A model generated the notes under the pieces. It saw only the letters and a program-made list of their open reading frames with translations, did no database searches and was not told the origin of the DNA. Positions 59,597 to 64,000 of a DNA stretch of 64,000 nucleotides are shown here, in pieces. The position numbers and the translations under genes were made by a program. Source of the DNA: an uncultured bacterium (lineage in GTDB: Bacteria; Armatimonadota; UBA5829); the NCBI GenBank assembly GCA_963775535.1, contig CAVZJH010000057.1:3818-67817 (forward strand), written 5' to 3'. Within the stretch, counting starts at the first letter, position 1. Every line of letters starts with the position of its first letter.

Positions 59597-60656
59597 ATGG
59601 AGGTTAACCAAGTGAAAAGGAACGTTCTAGTCGCTGCCGCAATCTGTGCGATAGTCTTATCTCTAATGGCAGGATGTGGCAAGAAGCAGGCCGGTAAGTC
59701 TGAAGCCGCAGCCGGAAAGCAGCCGGGCGGCTCCTCGAAGACCATTCGAATTGGAATGATTGCAAAGAGCTCAATGAACCCCGTCTTCCTGTCGGCTCGC
59801 ACAGGGGCCGAAGCGGCCGCGAAAGACCTGGGAAAGAAGGTACGGCATCAACATCATCATCGACTGGCGAACTCCCTCCAGCGAAGACGGCCAGATCCAG
59901 GCTCAGCGAATTGCTCAGATCGTCAACGACGGTGATAACGCAATCCTGATCTCCTGCTCGGACGCAGGCAAGGTCAATGGCGCGATCAATGACGCTGTGG
60001 GCCGGGGCGTGCAGGTGATGACGTTCGACAGCGATGCTCCCCAGTCCAAGCGATTTGCGAGCTACGGCGTGGACGACATCAAGACCGGCGGGAGTGTTAT
60101 GAAAGAACTTGCCGAGCAGCTCAAGGGGAAGGGCAATGTGGCGATCCTTGCCGGGAACCAGAATGCCCCCAACCTGCGCAGGCGCGTGGACGGCGTCAAG
60201 AAAGAAGCCGCGAAGTACCCGGGAATCAAGCTGGTTGGCACATTCTACAACATCGAGACCCCTCAGGATGCGGCGGCTGAAGTCATTCGAGAGCAGAACG
60301 CTTATCCCGAGATCACGGGATGGGCATTTGTGGGCGGATGGCCTTTGTTCACCAAGACGCTGCTCACCGACCTGAACCCCAACAAGGTCAAAGTCGTATC
60401 CGTGGACGCTCTGCCGGCTGAGCTTCCCTACGTCGCGAAGGGGATTGCCCCCGTGCTTCTCGCTCAGCCGACTTACATGTGGGGCTACGTTTCCGTTGGG
60501 AAGATCATCGACAAGATCTACCTGAAGAAGAGCGTTCCCGAGCTAAACCCGATGGAACTCGTTCGCGTGGACAAAAACAGCCTCGGCAGTTGGGCCCGGC
60601 AGCTCAAGGCATGGGGATTCAAGGACGTGCCGGATGAGTATCTGAAAATGAAGTAG
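59597..60656 (+). CDS. Periplasmic sugar-binding protein (type I PBP, RbsB-like lipoprotein); frameshift near 59835
   Basis: Lipoprotein signal (LVAAAICAIVLSLMAGCG), IRIGMIAKSSMNPVF..., then after the shift ILISCSDAGKVNGAINDAVGRGVQVMTFDSD...GNVAILAG. Confidence 0.75.
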
Positions 60657-60684
60657 AAACGCTGACGAAGCATGAGATTTCTTC

Positions 60685-60742
60685 TCTGAGTGGCGATTTC
60701 CGAATCCCGGCCTGTAGCCGGGTTCGGAAATCCTCACCCAGC
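60685..60742. repeat. ~55-bp near-perfect palindrome built from two inverted copies of the TGGGTG(G/A)(C/G)GATTTCCGAA(T/C)CCCGGC repeat unit; probable terminator after the sugar-binding gene
   Basis: Left arm TGAGTGGCGATTTCCGAATCCCGGC. Right arm is the reverse complement of TGGGTGAGGATTTCCGAACCCGGC. Same family as 175-300 and 7137-7165. Confidence 0.6.
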
Positions 60743-60778
60743 AGCGGCTCTCGCGATTAAAAAATGAGGTAAGCTCTA

Positions 60779-61426
60779 GTGCTTCTGCCGGAACTGCGCA
60801 GCATAGTCTGCGAGATGAACAAAGAACTGCCGCGCAACGGTCTGGTCACTATGACCAGCGGGAATGTGAGCGGCCGCGACCCCGGGACGGGTTATGTCGT
60901 GATAAAGCCCAGCGGAGTGACTTTTGAAGCCCTCACGCCGGAGAATCTGAGCGTGGTCGACCTCGACGGCAAGGTGATCGAAAGTGACTTCGCGCCGTCA
61001 GTCGATACGCCCACTCACCTCTATATTTACCGGCACATGCCTCGAATTAACGGCATAGCGCACACGCACTCCAACTACGCCACCAGTTTCGCTGCGCTCG
61101 GTCAGCCGATTCCGGCGGTTCTGACAGCCATTGCGGACGAGTTCGGCGGCCCGATTCCGTGCGGGCCATATTGCCAGATCGGCGAGGAGCAGATCGGTGA
61201 GGCTATTGTGGGGCATATCGGCTCGTCACCGGCCATTCTGCTTCAGAACCACGGCGTGTTCACTGTCGGTGCGGATCCGAAGTCGGCTCTAAAGGCGGCG
61301 GTAATGTGCGAGGACGTGGCGAAAACCGTTCACCTGGCGATGCTTCGCGGTAAACCGGTTAAGATTCCCGAAGAGGAAGTCCGGCGCGGCTATCGAAGAT
61401 ATCAGGAGAAGTATGGGCAGCGGTGA
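60779..61426 (+). CDS. Class II aldolase/adducin-family protein (L-ribulose-5-phosphate 4-epimerase AraD / L-fuculose-phosphate aldolase-like)
   Basis: Motifs GLVTMTSGNVSGRD, PSGV, DTPTHLYIYRHMPRINGIAHTHSNYATSFA and NHGVFTVG, including the metal-binding His residues. Confidence 0.8.
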   Translation: MLLPELRSIVCEMNKELPRNGLVTMTSGNVSGRDPGTGYVVIKPSGVTFEALTPENLSVVDLDGKVIESDFAPSVDTPTHLYIYRHMPRINGIAHTHSNYATSFAALGQPIPAVLTAIADEFGGPIPCGPYCQIGEEQIGEAIVGHIGSSPAILLQNHGVFTVGADPKSALKAAVMCEDVAKTVHLAMLRGKPVKIPEEEVRRGYRRYQEKYGQR

Positions 61427-61450
61427 CGTTGCACCTGGGAGCGGCGGCGT

Positions 61451-61864
61451 ATGATTGGGAGTATTGGAAGTAGCATGGACCAGGAGTTCGCGAGTCAAGT
61501 TGTAGAGAGATATTTGGCTGTGCTGGACGAGACAGCGCAGATGTCCGGTGGAGTTTCGGAGTCGATGCTCCCGTGCAGCCAAACCTCCATTAAGGAAGCC
61601 ATCAAGTTTGTTCTGGCGCAGACCCCGGAGGGTTCGGACGAATATCATCGCCTGAGAGCCGCATATCCCAAGCTGGCGACTTTCCTGCCGGACGCCGAAG
61701 CCGAGATCGCGGCAAAGGCCGAGGAAGCGGTTATTTCCATGGACATGGGGCCGGAAAGCGCCAGGATTCTCGAAGAGCATGCAAGAATACTGATAAAGGT
61801 CCGCGATGAGGGCCACATGCTTTCCGAGGAGCTTTACACTTACCTTGACAGCATAGGTCACTAG
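61451..61864 (+). CDS. Hypothetical protein (137 aa, acidic, helical)
   Basis: ORF only; no recognisable motifs. Confidence 0.3.
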   Translation: MIGSIGSSMDQEFASQVVERYLAVLDETAQMSGGVSESMLPCSQTSIKEAIKFVLAQTPEGSDEYHRLRAAYPKLATFLPDAEAEIAAKAEEAVISMDMGPESARILEEHARILIKVRDEGHMLSEELYTYLDSIGH

Positions 61865-61961
61865 GACTTGAGTGAAGTAATTGCCGAGAATGGACTGATC
61901 CGGCATGCTGCGTGCGCGGCAACTGGTGGAGACTACAGTAGATGGGGCAACGGTGGCACGT

Positions 61962-62394
61962 ATGATCGACATAGAGCAGATCAGGGACACGATCCCGCAC
62001 AGGTATCCGTTTCTTCTCGTTGACCGGATAATCGAGGTGAACGAGGAATACACGCGCTGCGTGGGAATCAAGAACATTTCGGCTAACGAGAAAATTCTCC
62101 AGGGGCATCTTCCCGGGCAGGCGATATTTCCGGGCGCGCTGCTGGTCGAGGCACATGGCCCAGGTAGGGTGCTACTTGCTCATGAACAAGCCCGAGGCCA
62201 AGGGCAAGCTAGCCTACTTCGCCGCCATAGATGGGATCAGGTTCAGGAGGCCCGCGGTGCCGGGAGACCGGGTTGTGACCACTGTGGAACTCGTGACCGG
62301 CCGGCGCGGGATCTGGAAGATCAAGGCCGAATCTCGAGTGGAGGGCGATCTCGTTTGCAGCGGCGATCTCACCTGCGCGCTTGTGGATTATTGA
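61962..62394 (+). CDS. fabZ: 3-hydroxyacyl-ACP dehydratase FabZ; frameshift near 62150
   Basis: [16 protein letters not shown]...[17 protein letters not shown](M)AQVGCYLL...[25 protein letters not shown] is the FabZ hot-dog fold with catalytic His. The two halves are in different frames. Confidence 0.75.
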
Positions 62395-62477
62395 AGTTTT
62401 GTAGCAAGCCGGGTCTGCACAAACGTAGCCAAGCATGCTGCGTTTGTGCATTCTGACAAGGCTGCCTGGAAATCGAA

Positions 62478-62966
62478 ATGTTTCTCAAAACAAAGCTTAT
62501 CCAAGCGCTGATCGATCACTTCGGCGATGACGACCGCCGGATCGAGCACGCGCTCGCGGTCACATATTGGGCCGAGCGGATACTCGAAGCCGAGGGTGGG
62601 GACCGCGATGTGGTCCTGGCGGTTGGGCTGCTTCACGATGTCGGGATCAAACCTGCCGAGGAGCGCTTCGGTTACAACAACGGCAAGCTCCAGGAGCAAT
62701 ACGGCCCGCCGATTGTCCGGGAGATTCTGGAGAGACTCGGGCTTCCCGAGGAGACGATTGCCGAAGCCTGCGCTATCACCGGCGCGCACCACAGCCCCGC
62801 TGGCGTTCCCGGTCCGAACTTCCCCATCATTTGGGATGCGGATATGATCGTGAACCTCGGCGATGAAATGCCTGACGCGGACCCGCGGAAGCTGGAGAAC
62901 ATTATCGAGAAAAGTTTCAGGACACGCACGGGGAAAGAGCTGGCGAAGAAGGCCCTTTTGAGATGA
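62478..62966 (+). CDS. HD-domain metal-dependent phosphohydrolase
   Basis: HD motif (HALAVTYWAERI...GLLHDVG). Confidence 0.7.
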   Translation: MFLKTKLIQALIDHFGDDDRRIEHALAVTYWAERILEAEGGDRDVVLAVGLLHDVGIKPAEERFGYNNGKLQEQYGPPIVREILERLGLPEETIAEACAITGAHHSPAGVPGPNFPIIWDADMIVNLGDEMPDADPRKLENIIEKSFRTRTGKELAKKALLR

Positions 62967-63444
62967 TGGAAGAGCGGCGCCAACTGCACAAGCACGACGT
63001 CCCGGTCTTGTATTCAGGCACGGCGGCTCGGCCTATTGCTATAGTAGGCACTTCATCCATTTTGATAGGATCGCTTTTTGATCCAGCCTTTGCGGTTTAC
63101 GGCCTGGCCTGCTTGACGGAATCATCTGCGGCGGATTGGGTGTGGCGATTGGGCTGTGGGCCGGCCGGAGGCAGTCGGCCGCAATAGAGCGTGGACTCGC
63201 GGCGAAGCCTGCAAATCGCTGGTTTCCAAATGTTCCATTCAGCGTCTTCGACAGAATAACGTTCGCCGCAACATTATTCTCTGCAGTTGGCTGCTCAGTG
63301 ATGATTGGGGCAGCAATGCATTCGGCGTTGCACGCTCATTGGCCTCTGCTTGGGATGCAGCCTGCGCTCATAGCGGGTTTTCTTGGTTACGATGCGGCAT
63401 TATTCTCAGCCGCTGCCAGATGGTATGATAACCTGCCGGAATAG
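62963..63444 (+). CDS. Hypothetical small membrane protein(s); two overlapping frames, possibly one frameshifted gene
   Basis: Hydrophobic segments in both the 62963-63187 and 63136-63444 ORFs. No homology recognised. Confidence 0.2.
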
Positions 63445-63493
63445 TCAAAATCTGATTCTTTCGCGCATTTCGCGACTATAAAAGGAGATAGAC

Positions 63494-64000
63494 AATGTCC
63501 TTATCCAACGCACCTGAGGTAAAACTGGCGATTGTGGGCGTCAGCCGGGACTGCTTCCCGATTGAACTGACTCGGACCCGCCTTAGCAGACTTGCGAAGG
63601 CCTGCGGGGCTGCCGGTGTCAGCGTCTACACCTGCAAAACCGTCATCGAGAACGAATCCGACACCGTCGCGGCGCTTGCCGAAGTCTATGAGGCCGGGGC
63701 GAATGCCGCGGTGATCTACCTCGGCAACTTCGGACCCGAGGGCCCGCTCTCGATCTTCGCGGAGCAGTTTCAGGGCCCGGTGATGGCGTGCGCGGCTGCC
63801 GAAGAGAGCAAGGATTCCCTTGTCGGCGGCCGTGGAGACGCATTCTGCGGAATGCTGAACGCATCCTACAACTTTGGGCTTCGTGACGTTCCGGTCTACA
63901 TCCCGCAGATGCCTGTCGGGCTCCCTGAAGAGCTGGCTTCAAAGATCAAGCACTTCACCGACGTGGCAAGGATAGTCCTCGGCGTGCTGGACCTGAAGAT
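63494..64000 (+). CDS. L-fucose/L-arabinose isomerase-family protein, N-terminal part (runs off the window end)
   Basis: AAGGAG RBS 8 nt before the ATG. KLAIVGVSRDCFP...VIYLGNFGPEG...ESKDSLVGGRGDAFCGMLNASYNF resembles the N-terminal domains of FucI/AraA-family isomerases. Assignment is from memory of motifs. Confidence 0.4.

Noticed and set aside
63643-63942. 99-aa minus-strand ORF
   Set aside because: Arg/Pro-rich. Antisense to the well-supported FucI/AraA-family start with RBS on the plus strand.

Overview
This is a high-GC bacterial chromosomal segment with mixed housekeeping and accessory content. I could not assign an organism from the sequence alone.

In order along the window:

- 0.4-7 kb: an OMF-MFP-RND tripartite efflux operon, preceded by a repeat-rich ~440-nt leader.
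- 7.3-14.9 kb: a DUF2267x2-BON protein, a frameshifted phosphoketolase, an AlkA-like glycosylase, an outer-membrane barrel, a Ser/Tyr-rich secreted protein and a UroD-family gene.
- 15.2-34.4 kb: an accessory island of very large secreted proteins. It contains two glycoside-hydrolase-like multidomain proteins and two paralogous right-handed beta-helix (PbH1 repeat) giants, one apparently intact and one split by three frameshifts, plus a broken beta-propeller repeat lipoprotein. A complete single-ORF IS66-family element with an 8-bp target-site duplication sits between two of the genes.
- 29.4-31.2 kb: an aminotransferase and an Lrp/AsnC regulator.
- 35-44 kb: a GH130-like propeller, an EmrA-like adaptor, a fused alpha-beta E1 dehydrogenase, an ECF sigma / membrane anti-sigma / ABC exporter module, and a HAD hydrolase.
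- 45-49 kb: a CBM9-like secreted protein and a glycogen-debranching-enzyme-like gene broken into five frame segments.
- 49-56 kb: mfd, a secreted hypothetical protein and a PEP-utilising enzyme without a TIM-barrel domain.
- 56.5-58.3 kb: a second IS (rve-type DDE transposase) with ~42-bp inverted repeats, lying upstream of a pentose-type sugar utilisation locus that has a permease and a binding protein but no ATPase.
- 60.8-64 kb: a class II aldolase/epimerase, FabZ, an HD-domain protein and the start of a FucI/AraA-family isomerase gene.

The window contains at least 20 single-base frameshifts, most in short homopolymer runs, in essential and accessory genes alike. The likeliest cause is uncorrected indel errors in the assembly rather than genome decay, and every 'pseudogene' call below carries that caveat.

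I found no rRNA, tRNA or CRISPR array. A family of short palindromic intergenic repeats (core TGGGTGGYGATTTCCGAAT) occurs at three or more loci.
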